This document shows, piece by piece, positions 28,957 through 39,589 of a stretch of DNA of 64,000 nucleotides. How positions within the stretch are numbered: position 1 is the first letter of the stretch; each line of letters starts with the position of its first letter. The stretch is from an uncultured Prevotellaceae bacterium (GTDB lineage Bacteria; Bacteroidota; Bacteroidia; Bacteroidales; Bacteroidaceae), in assembly GCA_946188345.1 (NCBI GenBank), contig CAMHUI010000005.1, positions 25,435 to 89,434 on the forward strand. Reading direction: 5' to 3'. Position numbers and translations under genes: made by a program. The notes under the pieces were generated by a model, which saw only the letters and a list, made by a program, of their open reading frames with translations, ran no database searches and had not been told where the DNA came from.

Positions 28957-29832
28957 ATGAAAAGATATATCGTAGGACTGGGCGAAGCACTCTGGGATGT
29001 GCTGCCCGATGGAAAGAAGCTGGGCGGTGCTCCCGCCAACTTCGCTTATCATGCTGGCCAGTTTGTCGGCCAGGAGAACACGCTGGCGGTCAGTGCACTG
29101 GGTGAAGACAAGCTGGCCGACGAGACCATTGCCTCGCTTGAGGAACATGGTCTGACCTACCTGATGCCGCGCGTGCCCTACCCCACGGGTACTGTGCAGG
29201 TGACACTCGACGAGGAGGGCATCCCGTCGTATAACATCAAGGAGAATGTAGCTTGGGACAACATCCCGATGAACGGCGACATCGAAGAGGTAGCCCGCAA
29301 CTGCCGTGCCGTGTGTTTCGGCTCGCTGGCCCAGCGCAATGTCGTTTCGCGCGAAACCATCCAACGCTTCCTCGACCTCACTCCGGCCGACTGTGTGAAG
29401 ATTTTCGACATCAACCTGCGCCAGCAGTTCTATACCAAGGAAATCATCCAGGAGTCGATGCGCCGATGCAACATCCTCAAAATCAATGACGAAGAGCTGG
29501 TCATCATTGGCCGCATGTTCGGCTATCCTGGCCTCGACATTGAGAACAAATGCTGGCTCATCCTCGGCAAGTATAACCTGGACATGCTTGTTCTGACCTG
29601 CGGCACCAACGGCTCCTATGTCTTCACGCCGGGCCATGTGTCGTTCCAGGAGACTCCGAAGGTGGAAGTGGCCGACACGGTCGGTGCCGGCGACTCGTTC
29701 ACGGGGTCGTTCTGTGCCGCCATTCTTCAAGGCAAGAGTGTCGCCGAAGCCCACAAGCTGGCTGTCAGCGTCTCTGCCTACGTCTGCACACAGAACGGTG
29801 CCATGCCCGTCGTGCCGGAGGAACTGAAGTAA
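28957..29832 (+). CDS. PfkB-family carbohydrate kinase (fructokinase)
   Basis: GGAPANFA, FDINLR, KINDEE, DTVGAGDSF. Confidence 0.92.
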   Translation: MKRYIVGLGEALWDVLPDGKKLGGAPANFAYHAGQFVGQENTLAVSALGEDKLADETIASLEEHGLTYLMPRVPYPTGTVQVTLDEEGIPSYNIKENVAWDNIPMNGDIEEVARNCRAVCFGSLAQRNVVSRETIQRFLDLTPADCVKIFDINLRQQFYTKEIIQESMRRCNILKINDEELVIIGRMFGYPGLDIENKCWLILGKYNLDMLVLTCGTNGSYVFTPGHVSFQETPKVEVADTVGAGDSFTGSFCAAILQGKSVAEAHKLAVSVSAYVCTQNGAMPVVPEELK

Positions 29833-29850
29833 AGGTTACTAAACACGCAT

Positions 29851-29883
29851 AAGCGGTCTGGGGATAAAAGTCCCAGGCCGCTT
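29851..29883. terminator. Hairpin between convergent genes
   Basis: AAGCGGTCTGGG...CCCAGGCCGCTT. Confidence 0.7.
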
Positions 29884-30703
29884 ATTCTTTATAGCATAAT
29901 GCTGCTCCGATGGCGGTGCAGAATTCGCTGTGCTTGGGGATGATGAAGTGGACGCCGTAGAGCTTGTCGAGGGCTGAGAACACGTCGTGGCACTGGGGCA
30001 GCAGGGTCAGGTTGCCGATGAGCACGTACTCCTTGATGCCGCTTCCCAAGGATGCCAGGATGGTAGACGAGCCAATGGTCTGCAGCACGGTGTTGATGAT
30101 GCCTCGGGCGATGTCTTCCTTCGCCGCGTCGCTCTTGGCATTGCCGAAGAGGGCTGCCGTAGCGCTCATGGGCAGGCCTGGCAGCGGATTGGGACTGATG
30201 TCGCCTATCTGCACGTCGATATTGGCCAGGTTTCCGCTGTCGGCCTGCGAGAGTATCTGGTGGATGTCGTCGGTCTGCAACATGATGCGCGAGAGGCCCA
30301 TGAGCGTTCCGCCGCCGATGCCCAGGCCGCCGATGTGGCGGATGTCGTCGCCGCAGCACTGGACGAGCGACGTTCCCGTGCCCATGCTGACCACAATCAT
30401 GCGCTCCAGCCCGGTCTCATAGCGGGCACCCAAGCCATCGGCACGAAACTCCTCAGCCTTGTCCGTGGGCAGACCGTAGACAGGCGAATTGATATAAGCA
30501 GCTCCAACGCCGGTAATCATCACATGAGCAACGTCGCCAAGGGCGATGCTGTTGTCGTAGAGATACTTGCCGAAAGCGCCATAGAGCGACGTCACAGGGT
30601 CGGTGGCCTTGATGCGGATGGGCGAGATAACCTGCCCCTCACCATTGATGCCTACTATCTTCGTGGTGCTGATGCCCACGTCTATTCCTATTACAATAGC
30701 CAT
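29882..30703 (-). CDS. coaW: Type II pantothenate kinase (ASKHA fold)
   Basis: GIDVGISTTK, ITGVGA, EFRA, SMGTGTS, GGxGIGGGTLxGL, AIGA. Confidence 0.8.
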   Translation of the reverse strand: MAIVIGIDVGISTTKIVGINGEGQVISPIRIKATDPVTSLYGAFGKYLYDNSIALGDVAHVMITGVGAAYINSPVYGLPTDKAEEFRADGLGARYETGLERMIVVSMGTGTSLVQCCGDDIRHIGGLGIGGGTLMGLSRIMLQTDDIHQILSQADSGNLANIDVQIGDISPNPLPGLPMSATAALFGNAKSDAAKEDIARGIINTVLQTIGSSTILASLGSGIKEYVLIGNLTLLPQCHDVFSALDKLYGVHFIIPKHSEFCTAIGAALCYKE

Positions 30704-30803
30704 AGTCGTTATCTATTTCGGTGCAAAAGTAATAAAAAACCCAGAAAACAGCTTGCAATAAGGGGATTTTTTTGTAAATTTGTCGTGAAATAAAAGAAAA
30801 CCT

Positions 30804-31193
30804 ATGGAAAAGAAGCATTACAACGTTGTTGCCGCGGTCATCATGAAGGGCCGTCGATACTATTGCGTTCAGCGCACCAGGTCTGCATTTCCCTACACCA
30901 GCGAGCACTGGGAGTTCCCGGGCGGAAAGGTGGAAAAGGGCGAGAACGACTATGAGGCCCTCATCCGCGAAATCAAGGAGGAGCTGGACTGGGACATCTA
31001 CGTAGGCCGCCGGCTCGGCACCGTAGAGCACGACTATCCCGACTTCTCCATCACGCTGACCGCCTACCTGTGCCGGCCGGGCGACGGAGAACCGACACTC
31101 TTCGAGCACATCGACGACCGATGGCTCACCCGCAGACAACTCCCACAACTCAACTGGACCGAGGCCGACAGAAAGCTGCTCGAACTGCTCTGA
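30804..31193 (+). CDS. MutT-like NUDIX hydrolase
   Basis: WEFPGGKVEKGENDYEALIREIKEEL Nudix box. Confidence 0.92.
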   Translation: MEKKHYNVVAAVIMKGRRYYCVQRTRSAFPYTSEHWEFPGGKVEKGENDYEALIREIKEELDWDIYVGRRLGTVEHDYPDFSITLTAYLCRPGDGEPTLFEHIDDRWLTRRQLPQLNWTEADRKLLELL

Positions 31194-31198
31194 CAACC

Positions 31199-31620
31199 TT
31201 TGAATTTTCTTGACAAAAAACCTTCAAAACGCCCTCACCAGTCGATTATTCTGAAATTATTTTTCCTCGGCTGCAAATAACGCAGTTTTGAGCCGTTTTG
31301 TTTAACCAGTTGAGAATGAAAGAGATACCTTTTCCGTTCTCGTTAACCACCGACAAACCGACCAACGGAGCCGACCTTTCGAACAGCGAAAGGCAGGCTT
31401 TCGTTCAGACTTTTGGTACAAAAGTCATGACGATATCTTAGAAATCGTGATGCGATTTCTAAGATATCATCGGGCGAATCGGTACAAAAGTCTTGACGAT
31501 TTGTACCGAAAGTCTGAGAGTTTGGCTATGAACCCACGGAAAGTAGGCTGAAAAGTGGAAAACTTTTTTCTAGAACACCCGAAAATTCTGACAGGAATTT
31601 TCGGTAAAAAATATTGACAA
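31199..31620 (-). repeat. ~420-bp dispersed non-coding structured element, copy 2
   Basis: Reverse complement of 578-1000. Confidence 0.9.
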
Positions 31621-31622
31621 CA

Positions 31623-31666
31623 ACCCACGCATTTGACTTCGCTTACGCAGAGTAAAATGCGTGGGT
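31623..31666. terminator. Hairpin downstream of the B3/4 gene
   Basis: ACCCACGCATTT...AAATGCGTGGGT. Confidence 0.65.
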
Positions 31667-31704
31667 CTGTATTTTTATTCCGTGATAATCGGATACTCTT
31701 GCGC

Positions 31705-32370
31705 TCAGCGGTAGAGGAAGAAGCTGCCGTTGGAGCCCTTGGCGTAGCGCTGGGCCAGGGTAAGGATGTATTCAGCGTTGCTGCTCACTCGCTCTTCGTT
31801 GCCGTCGTAGCCGTTGACAAGTACCAGCAGGCTGCGCGTGGAGAGGTCAATCTTCGTGCGCTCGTTGTCGCTCGTGGGAGTGCCCACGCCACCCTCGGCA
31901 TCGCGGAAGACGGGCAGCCCCTCAATGTTCAGCATGCCTCGGCCGATGCCTTCGTAAGGCTCGCCGGCCCGTCCGACGCCGAGCGTCAGCGTGTCGCCCA
32001 CGAACTTCGATGCGTCGAAGCCGCCGATGGAGTAGCCGAAACGGATGCTCGCCAGGTTGATGAGGTCGACGAGCGTGTCAATCTGGTAGAGCGCCTTGCC
32101 CTGCAGCATGCGGCGGATGAGCGCCTCCGATGCGGGACGATAGCGCGAGGGGTCCTTGCCGCAGGCCCGATAGACGCGGCGTGTGGCGGCAATGCCGGGA
32201 AGCTCCTTCAGCGACTCCGTGGTCAGCGTGGCACGATACTCCTCGCCCAGCGCATCAATCTCTGTCCACAGTTCCTGGCTATAGGCTGAGTTCTCCACCG
32301 TTATCTCGACGCAGGCACCCACAAAGCCGGGGCATACCTGTTCAATCTCATTACTGACAAGTACTTTCAT
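31705..32370 (-). CDS. Stand-alone B3/4 (PheRS-beta-like) tRNA-editing domain protein
   Basis: GKDPSRYRPASEALIRR, VDLINLASI, GTPTSDNERT; start moved to ATG 32370. Confidence 0.88.
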   Translation of the reverse strand: MKVLVSNEIEQVCPGFVGACVEITVENSAYSQELWTEIDALGEEYRATLTTESLKELPGIAATRRVYRACGKDPSRYRPASEALIRRMLQGKALYQIDTLVDLINLASIRFGYSIGGFDASKFVGDTLTLGVGRAGEPYEGIGRGMLNIEGLPVFRDAEGGVGTPTSDNERTKIDLSTRSLLVLVNGYDGNEERVSSNAEYILTLAQRYAKGSNGSFFLYR

Positions 32371-32510
32371 AGCAACTGCAAAAATACAAAGAAAAATGAA
32401 GACAGGAAAAAGATGTGCTGAAAAAAACTGCCTGAGCTGCATTTTTTCTCTCCTGCGTTGCTTTTTTTCTCTTTTTTGTTTTAACTTTGCAGGGAGAAAA
32501 TCACCATAGA

Positions 32511-34523
32511 ATGAACGAGGAACTGACACTTCGCATGGAGCAGCTGGTTGAGGAGCTCAACCGCGCTTCGGAGGCTTATTATAACGGCCGTCAAGAGCTG
32601 ATGACGGACTACGAGTGGGACGCTCGCTTCGACGAGCTGAAGCGGCTCGAGGAACAGACAGGCACCATCCTGCCCGACTCGCCCACCAACCGCGTCTCTG
32701 AGGACAACGTAGAAGGCCAGAAGGAGGAGCACGAGTTTCCGGCCCTCTCGCTGGCCAAGACCAAGAAGGTCGGCGAACTGGCCAAATGGGCCGAGGGACG
32801 CCCGATATGGCTGTCGTGGAAGCTCGACGGACTGACGCTCGTCGTCACCTACGACAACGGCCGCCTGACCAAGGTCGTCACACGAGGCAACGGACACATC
32901 GGCACCAACATCACCCATCTGGCCAGCGCCATCAACGGCATACCGCAAACCATACCAGCCCGCGAGCACACCGTCATCCGAGGCGAGGCCGTCATCTCCT
33001 ACGACGACTTCAACAGCTTCCTCATCGAGAGCGGCGAAGACTATGCCAACCCCCGAAACCTCGCGTCGGGCTCGCTCACGCTGAAGGACATCGAGGAAGT
33101 CAGGCGCAGAAACATCAGATGGATTCCGTTCACCCTGCTCACCCCACAGATTGGCGTCTCGAAAGGTGAAGGACTCAGATGGCTCAAAGCGCAAGGACTC
33201 ACTCCCGTCGACAACGAGCTCATCAACGACCCCACCACCGAACAGCTTGAACAAGTCATCAGCCACTGGCAACCCGAGCACTGTCCCTACCCCGTCGACG
33301 GCCTCGTCATCAGCTACGACGACACGGAATATGCCCGCACCGGCAGCGTCACCGGCCATCACGCCACTCGCGCCGGACTGGCCTTCAAATGGCAGGACGA
33401 AGCAGCCGCAACGGAACTCGAGGAGGTAGAGTGGTCGTGTGCCGCCTCTACGATATCACCCGTGGCCATCTTCCGACCCGTAGAACTCGAGGGCACTACC
33501 GTCAAACGAGCGTCACTCTGCAACATCAGCGAATGTGAACGACTCGGCATTGGCGGCAAGGGCACAAGGCTGCAAGTCATCAAAGCCAACAAAATCATCC
33601 CCAAGGTCATCAAGGTGGATGAGACCGTTGGCACCTTCGAAATCCCTGCCCACTGCCCTGTCTGCCACCATGACACGGAAATCATAGTGAGCGAAGCCAG
33701 CGGCACCCGCACACTGCACTGCACAAATCCCGCCTGTCCGGCCAAGCAGCTGAAGAAGTTCGCACGATTTGTATCCAAGGAAGGCATGAACATCGACGGC
33801 ATCAGCGAACAGACGCTCTCGAAATTCATCAACCTCGGCTGGATCAGCGAATTCGACGATATCTACCGGCTGCGAACCCACATACGGGAACTGGCATCGA
33901 TGGAAGGCTTCGGCGAACGGTCGGCAACCAACATCATGGGCTCGATAGAGAAGTCCAGACAGGTAGACGCCCAGCGGCTGCTGATAGCCCTGAGCATCCC
34001 GAAGTGCGGAGGCGACGTAGCCAAGCGACTGCTCAGCCACTACGACATCGAAGCACTGATCGCTGCCTGCCAGACAGAGACACCTCCCGAGGAGGTATTC
34101 CCACATATCGATGGCATCGGTCCCGAGCGGTCGGCACTCATCGTCGGCTGGTTCCGCAACGAAGACAACCTGGCCATGCTGCGCCGACTGATGCAGGAAA
34201 TCAACATCCAACAGCCGCAACTGGCACCCACCGGACAGCAGTGCGAAGGACTGACCTTTGTCATCACAGGCGACGTCCACCACTACAAGAACCGCAACGA
34301 ACTCAAAGCCTACATCGAGAGCCAGGGCGGACGAGTGGCCGGCAGCGTGAGCGGTTCGACCTCCTACCTCATCAACAACGACGTAACGTCGACATCGGGA
34401 AAGAACCAGAAAGCCCAGCAACTGGGCATACCCATCATCTCCGAAGACGACTTCATCAGCCGCTTCGCCAACGAAAGCCCAGCCCCCAAAAGCCAACCCG
34501 TAGAGGGAAACCTGTTCGGATAG
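32511..34523 (+). CDS. ligA: NAD-dependent DNA ligase
   Basis: KLDG, TRGNG, NPRNLASGS, CPVC/CTNPAC zinc finger, HhH motifs, BRCT; promoter TAacTTTG at 32482. Confidence 0.97.
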   Translation: MNEELTLRMEQLVEELNRASEAYYNGRQELMTDYEWDARFDELKRLEEQTGTILPDSPTNRVSEDNVEGQKEEHEFPALSLAKTKKVGELAKWAEGRPIWLSWKLDGLTLVVTYDNGRLTKVVTRGNGHIGTNITHLASAINGIPQTIPAREHTVIRGEAVISYDDFNSFLIESGEDYANPRNLASGSLTLKDIEEVRRRNIRWIPFTLLTPQIGVSKGEGLRWLKAQGLTPVDNELINDPTTEQLEQVISHWQPEHCPYPVDGLVISYDDTEYARTGSVTGHHATRAGLAFKWQDEAAATELEEVEWSCAASTISPVAIFRPVELEGTTVKRASLCNISECERLGIGGKGTRLQVIKANKIIPKVIKVDETVGTFEIPAHCPVCHHDTEIIVSEASGTRTLHCTNPACPAKQLKKFARFVSKEGMNIDGISEQTLSKFINLGWISEFDDIYRLRTHIRELASMEGFGERSATNIMGSIEKSRQVDAQRLLIALSIPKCGGDVAKRLLSHYDIEALIAACQTETPPEEVFPHIDGIGPERSALIVGWFRNEDNLAMLRRLMQEINIQQPQLAPTGQQCEGLTFVITGDVHHYKNRNELKAYIESQGGRVAGSVSGSTSYLINNDVTSTSGKNQKAQQLGIPIISEDDFISRFANESPAPKSQPVEGNLFG

Positions 34524-34564
34524 AAGAATATACATTATTATCACTAACCAATAGTTTAAAACAA

Positions 34565-36010
34565 ATGAAAAAAACTAAGATTGCCAGTCTGCTGGCTGCT
34601 TTTATTATTATTCCCTCGGCCGTCAGTGCACAAGTTACGGCTCGTGTGGAATTTCCTTACAAAGAGTATAAGAATGTTCACACCTTCCCGATGGGCGAGA
34701 ACGGAGCGCTTCTGCTAATGTTTGAGAAGAAGACGCAAGACGGTAAACGCTGGCTGAAGCTAAGACACTATGACACAAACCTTGAGTTGAATGCCATTGA
34801 CTCCGTTGAGGTCGACAAGGATATGGAGGTCTTTGGGAACAAGATAGACGAAGGCACGTGCTACACTATGCTTCGCGACGGTGGCGACTTTGAAATCGTA
34901 GCCTACAACACCACCACTCACGAGATAAAGGTACTTGACGGAGAGTACTCACGCAAGGCATCAATGCGCGACTTCACCATAGGTGACGGCTATATGGTGT
35001 TTAGCTCTACACAAAATAAGCTTGACCGAATAGGCATTGTAAACCTCAAGACCGGTGCGAGCCATTTCATTGACATGCACCTGAAGGGCGTGCGCGACAA
35101 AGACATCTTCGTGATGGAGAACACGATCATTGACAATGAGATAAACGCGCTCGTCAGAGTGGGACGCGACGTGCTACTGGTGCGCTATGGCATGGATGGA
35201 GACATGAGAAGCATTATATGCCTTACCGAGAACATCAGTGAGAACATCCTCTCTGCATCAATACAGAAGTCAGCTGGCAGATACTTCGTGACAGGAACCT
35301 ACACCACTGGCAAGAAAGCCAATTCGCAGGGCTTCTACTTTGCCCAGCTGGAGGGTGAGAAGTTCAAGTTCATCAAGTTCTATAACTTCCTCGACCTGAA
35401 AAACTTTACCGAATTCATGACCGACAAGGCTAAAGCCAAAGTGGAACGCAAGAAACAGAAAGCAGAGGAAAATGGCAAGGAACTTACCATGAACTACTTA
35501 ATCACCAGCCACGACGTGATTGAGGAAGACGGCTATTTCTACTACATTGCCGAGTCTTACTTTCCCACATACTCCTATTTATATAATGGAAGAAGCACCA
35601 TTCAAGTCTTTGACGGCTATTTCTACACCCACGCCATCTTGATAAAGTTTGACGCTGAGGGCAACGTGATATGGGATAATTGCTTCCCAATGCACCCTGC
35701 CTACCATCCTTTCTACATCAAACATTTTATCTCGGCCAATCTGGGTGACAAAGACCTTAACGCAATCTTCACCGATGGGAAGAATCTGGTAAAAAAGTCA
35801 TTCAGCAAGGCCGACGGAACCGTTACACAAGACAGAAACGTGGAGATGATAAAGACCGGTAACGATGAAGAGGACGTGAAGAAATCGTTCACCAACAGCG
35901 ACTACTGGTATGGCAAGAACTTCCTTATCTATGGCAACCAAGTAGTGAAGAACAACGTCACACATGACCGTCAACGCGTTATTTATATCAACAAATATAC
36001 AGTACAATAA
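34565..36010 (+). CDS. Exported hypothetical beta-rich protein
   Basis: Signal peptide from ATG 34565 (VSA-Q); AESYFPTY and FDAEGNVIWDN; the upstream extension overlapping ligA is not credible. Confidence 0.75.
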   Translation: MKKTKIASLLAAFIIIPSAVSAQVTARVEFPYKEYKNVHTFPMGENGALLLMFEKKTQDGKRWLKLRHYDTNLELNAIDSVEVDKDMEVFGNKIDEGTCYTMLRDGGDFEIVAYNTTTHEIKVLDGEYSRKASMRDFTIGDGYMVFSSTQNKLDRIGIVNLKTGASHFIDMHLKGVRDKDIFVMENTIIDNEINALVRVGRDVLLVRYGMDGDMRSIICLTENISENILSASIQKSAGRYFVTGTYTTGKKANSQGFYFAQLEGEKFKFIKFYNFLDLKNFTEFMTDKAKAKVERKKQKAEENGKELTMNYLITSHDVIEEDGYFYYIAESYFPTYSYLYNGRSTIQVFDGYFYTHAILIKFDAEGNVIWDNCFPMHPAYHPFYIKHFISANLGDKDLNAIFTDGKNLVKKSFSKADGTVTQDRNVEMIKTGNDEEDVKKSFTNSDYWYGKNFLIYGNQVVKNNVTHDRQRVIYINKYTVQ

Positions 36011-36063
36011 AAACACACAGTAACTATCTTCCTGATACAAAATAAACAACAAAAAAGAAGATT

Positions 36064-36579
36064 ATGAAACACGACGGGAAACGACTTACCATTCTCATGC
36101 TGCTCTTTACAAGCGCCATGAGTGCTTGGGCACAAGCTTTTGATGGCGACTTCGACAGGAAGATAGTCGTTGGCTACCTCAACTGGGGAGGCAAGTCCGG
36201 CGGAGAGCTGGGAGTTGACAAAGGGCTCAACGACTACCTGTCATACCACTTAACACTGCGCATCGTTGACTCAGACCCTGACTGGGTTGGTGAAAAGAAC
36301 TTCCTCAACGGCTGTGATGCCGTACTTGGAATAAACTACCACTTTCAGGGCATCTGTCATCTGCCGTCAAACTTCGACTTCTACGCTGGCCCTAACATCA
36401 GCGTGCGCAGCCACATTGGCGCTGAGGCAGGAATACGATATAACTTCGGCGAAGTGGTGGGAGCCTACCTGCAAGGCTACTACAACATAACCAAAGTGCT
36501 TAAGTTTGATGACGAGGATGACTCTTCTCCGTTCGACAAAAAGTGGGGAGTCAGCGTGGGTCTCACCTTCAACATTTAA
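36064..36579 (+). CDS. DUF6646-like small outer-membrane beta-barrel
   Basis: Signal peptide AWA-Q; alternating strands; C-terminal GLTFNI. Confidence 0.7.
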   Translation: MKHDGKRLTILMLLFTSAMSAWAQAFDGDFDRKIVVGYLNWGGKSGGELGVDKGLNDYLSYHLTLRIVDSDPDWVGEKNFLNGCDAVLGINYHFQGICHLPSNFDFYAGPNISVRSHIGAEAGIRYNFGEVVGAYLQGYYNITKVLKFDDEDDSSPFDKKWGVSVGLTFNI

Positions 36580-36688
36580 CAAGGCACTGATAAATGATTA
36601 ATGATGATACTGTCGGTTGGCTGAATCGTTAACTCCCGTTGACTAACCCTTCGGCCACCGACCTACGGCTCCTCATTTATAAAAGAAC

Positions 36689-36720
36689 AGGCCGCTTTCC
36701 ATCACGGAAAGCGGCCTTTC
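36689..36720. terminator. Bidirectional terminator
   Basis: AGGCCGCTTTCC-ATCAC-GGAAAGCGGCCT. Confidence 0.8.
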
Positions 36721-36765
36721 TACTTTAACCAAAAAGATATTTAAACTTATGAACCTAAATACTTC

Positions 36766-39411
36766 TTATTTCACAACCTTACGGCCATTGAGGATATAGA
36801 CACCGCCCTTGACTGGCTGCTGCAAGATGCGGCCGAAGAGGTCGTAGAGCACGTTCTGCTCCTTCTCTGCCTTTGGACTGTTCACGCCGATGGGATGGTT
36901 TGCTTGAACGTCCAGCCGCACGAAGAGGTCGTTGGTGACGTTTTCTTCGTCGCCGCAATAGTTGTAGGCAAGACTGCCTGCCACGCTTTCAGCCAAAGCA
37001 TCGGTGTCAAGCCCGGCATTGGCAAAGCCTTCCTTAATCATCGGGGTGATGATGGAGGGGAACGTGTTCAGTGAGTCGAAGAAGGCATCGAAGCCTGCCT
37101 TGAGGTCGTCGACCAGCTTCTGAGAATCCTTGAAGTTCTCATTACCCTCTACGAAGGCAGTGATGAGGTTGATCATCGGCGGAACGATGGTGCTGTTGAC
37201 ACGGCTGGCCATATCCTCAGGCGACTCAGGCAGACGCATGAAGTCGTTCTTGTTGAAGAGGTCGGTATCAGGGTCGTAGTCGAACGTGAAGTTCTCCTTG
37301 AAGATAGGCTCGATGACATCCCAGTTCTCTTCACAGACCTTAGCCACGGTGATGGGTGCGGCAGCGATGAGGTAGGCTTCAAGAGAAGTGAAGTCGGCAT
37401 CAGCCGTAGCTTCGCGGATAGGACGGGTGCTGACGACAAGTTCATCACCGTCGATGGTCACCTGACGATAGTTACTGTTGAAGGCACGCAGCGAGGCCGT
37501 AGCCACCTGATAGAAGCCGCTGCCATATGGCCAGTCACGATCGGAAACATATATATTCTGTATGTCGGAAGCCTGCAGACTGCCGCAGAAGACGGCCCAC
37601 ACGCCCATCTGTGCGAAGGCGAGATGCACATCCTCGGTGGAAACTTCGTATGGCTCTTCAGCATTGCCTTCGTCACCTTCGTGTGCGTCATCGCCACCGA
37701 AGAAGGAACCTAAGTCGGCACTCTCCTTGTTGACGACAGACCCCAGAGTGGCGTAGCCGTTGAAGGGCTCGGCCACGAGGTGGTTCATCATCATCATCGA
37801 CCCAGTAGCTCCCAGCTTGGTATACACGTTCTGCATCCATTCGAGCGTCTCCTTGGTGATACGTCCGTCGGTAACAAGTTCGTCATCGTCAGACGGCTCC
37901 TCGCCGGCACGCAGGTTCTCACTGTAGCGGTTGTCGTCGAGGCAGAACACGATGAGTCCTTCGACAGGACTGATAGCATAGGAGAGAGAGTTGGGGTCGC
38001 GCTCCAAGGCATCGGCATAGCCATAGGCACCATATATACTTGCAAAATCCTCGGCAGTGATATTCTCGGCAAAGGATTCTTCTTCGCCATCGTAGGTCTT
38101 GGCATTAGGATTGTTGATGTCGCTGCTGCCAGGGATGACATAGACCTTCACGCCAGCCTCGGCGACGGGCTTGAGCAGCTCGGCCATCAGCTCGTGGCTC
38201 TTCTTCTCACCAGCCATCGTCAGGTTGCCTGTGATAAAGAGGGCATTGGGCTTCTGAGCTATCACCTGGTCGAAGGCAGCCTTCACCACCTCAGGACTCT
38301 GAAGATAGGAAGCATAGGAAGCCGTTTCGGGAACATTCTCCAAGTTTACCAGTTCGGGAGCCAGCAGCTCCATGTCGCTCATGACGATGAAGTTGTAGTC
38401 GCCCTTGGCAAACTCGGGATAAGCCACAGTGAAAGAACCTTCCTGAAGTCCACTCACGGGATTGCCTGTCACATCAAAGGCACGAACATGATAGACACCA
38501 GGCTCAAAGCCATTGAAAGTGTAGCTGCCTTCATTAAAGCGGGCATTGCCCTCAACGGCAAAGGTCTGCTTCTGAGGAACAATATCGAAAGCACGATAGA
38601 CAGCCACCTGAGAACCGGCTGCGAGATTCTCGAACTTGACAGACACGCTTTCGCCGGCCTTCGGATTCTCATTGTCAACGGAGATTGCAGGCTTATGGAC
38701 GGTGGGAGTTCCGCCTTCAAGCACCTTGATGGTGGTCTTGAAGTCTGCCTGCACATGATCAAAGGCCTCTTCGCCATTGTCGTTCTTCGGCAGGATGGAG
38801 GACTCGGTCGACGTGCAGTAGACACGCGTCCCAAGCGCATCCTGGACAGAGTTGAAACGTTCAATGTTATCTTCCTCATCGCCGACGATATAGTCGATTT
38901 CATATTCGCCTGCCACGCCGTCGTTGATGACCTTATAATTGAAGGCGATAGAGTCGCAGCTATTGCTCCCCGAGCCCTGCAACCCGGCGCGATGTTTCTC
39001 GTCGGTGATGAAGGCCACCCATGTATAGCCTTCCTTGGGGTTCGACTGATTATAGAAAGAACTCAGCAGTGCACTGTAGTGCATGTTGCCCGTCAACGTA
39101 CCAGGGCCAGCAGGCTTGTTCTCGGAGTCGTTGGCATCAGCCGGGATTACAACGCCTTCCTCTGCATACTGCTCATAGGCACCTTCTTCCACCTGCACAT
39201 CCCAGTTCTCAGGAACGCGAACCGCGAAGATTCCCAACGTGGTCACGGGGCCGTTGTTGTTGTCGTTGACAACGACGATGCGGCCTTGATAAGCTTCATT
39301 CGGATTAACTTCCTTGGGAGCTACTATCTTTCCGAACTTGTAGCAGGAAGCCAGCATGGCAATAGCAAACAGAGCTACCGACCAACTCAAAAAACGATTG
39401 TCTCTTTTCAT
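36766..39411 (-). CDS. Lipoprotein with degenerate calcineurin-like metallophosphoesterase domain and T9SS-like tail
   Basis: Lipobox LASC; motif positions SDMEL, TGNLT, PGSSD, MNH and CGSLQ; C-terminal LYDLFGR...GVYILNGRKVVK. Confidence 0.75.
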   Translation of the reverse strand: MKRDNRFLSWSVALFAIAMLASCYKFGKIVAPKEVNPNEAYQGRIVVVNDNNNGPVTTLGIFAVRVPENWDVQVEEGAYEQYAEEGVVIPADANDSENKPAGPGTLTGNMHYSALLSSFYNQSNPKEGYTWVAFITDEKHRAGLQGSGSNSCDSIAFNYKVINDGVAGEYEIDYIVGDEEDNIERFNSVQDALGTRVYCTSTESSILPKNDNGEEAFDHVQADFKTTIKVLEGGTPTVHKPAISVDNENPKAGESVSVKFENLAAGSQVAVYRAFDIVPQKQTFAVEGNARFNEGSYTFNGFEPGVYHVRAFDVTGNPVSGLQEGSFTVAYPEFAKGDYNFIVMSDMELLAPELVNLENVPETASYASYLQSPEVVKAAFDQVIAQKPNALFITGNLTMAGEKKSHELMAELLKPVAEAGVKVYVIPGSSDINNPNAKTYDGEEESFAENITAEDFASIYGAYGYADALERDPNSLSYAISPVEGLIVFCLDDNRYSENLRAGEEPSDDDELVTDGRITKETLEWMQNVYTKLGATGSMMMMNHLVAEPFNGYATLGSVVNKESADLGSFFGGDDAHEGDEGNAEEPYEVSTEDVHLAFAQMGVWAVFCGSLQASDIQNIYVSDRDWPYGSGFYQVATASLRAFNSNYRQVTIDGDELVVSTRPIREATADADFTSLEAYLIAAAPITVAKVCEENWDVIEPIFKENFTFDYDPDTDLFNKNDFMRLPESPEDMASRVNSTIVPPMINLITAFVEGNENFKDSQKLVDDLKAGFDAFFDSLNTFPSIITPMIKEGFANAGLDTDALAESVAGSLAYNYCGDEENVTNDLFVRLDVQANHPIGVNSPKAEKEQNVLYDLFGRILQQPVKGGVYILNGRKVVK

Positions 39412-39589
39412 ATTTTTATTACGGTTTATAATAAATAACTGCGTATCAATCACTACATTATAATGACGAACAAAAAATAGCTGAACACTAAACAAAAGAA
39501 TATGATTTTTCTGATTTTAAGTTTTTTAAGTTCTTGAAGATATAGTTCCGCAGTTTTTTCACTACCTTTGCAGTCAGAACGTATAAACC

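Noticed and set aside
1000-31199. 30-kb composite transposon or inversion bounded by the two 420-bp copies
   Set aside because: The interval holds core genes (thrS, pheS, murB), has no transposase, and the copies have diverged flanks.
34004-34564. N-terminal extension of the 668-aa ORF overlapping ligA
   Set aside because: Arg/Pro-rich off-frame sequence; a proper signal peptide begins at ATG 34565.
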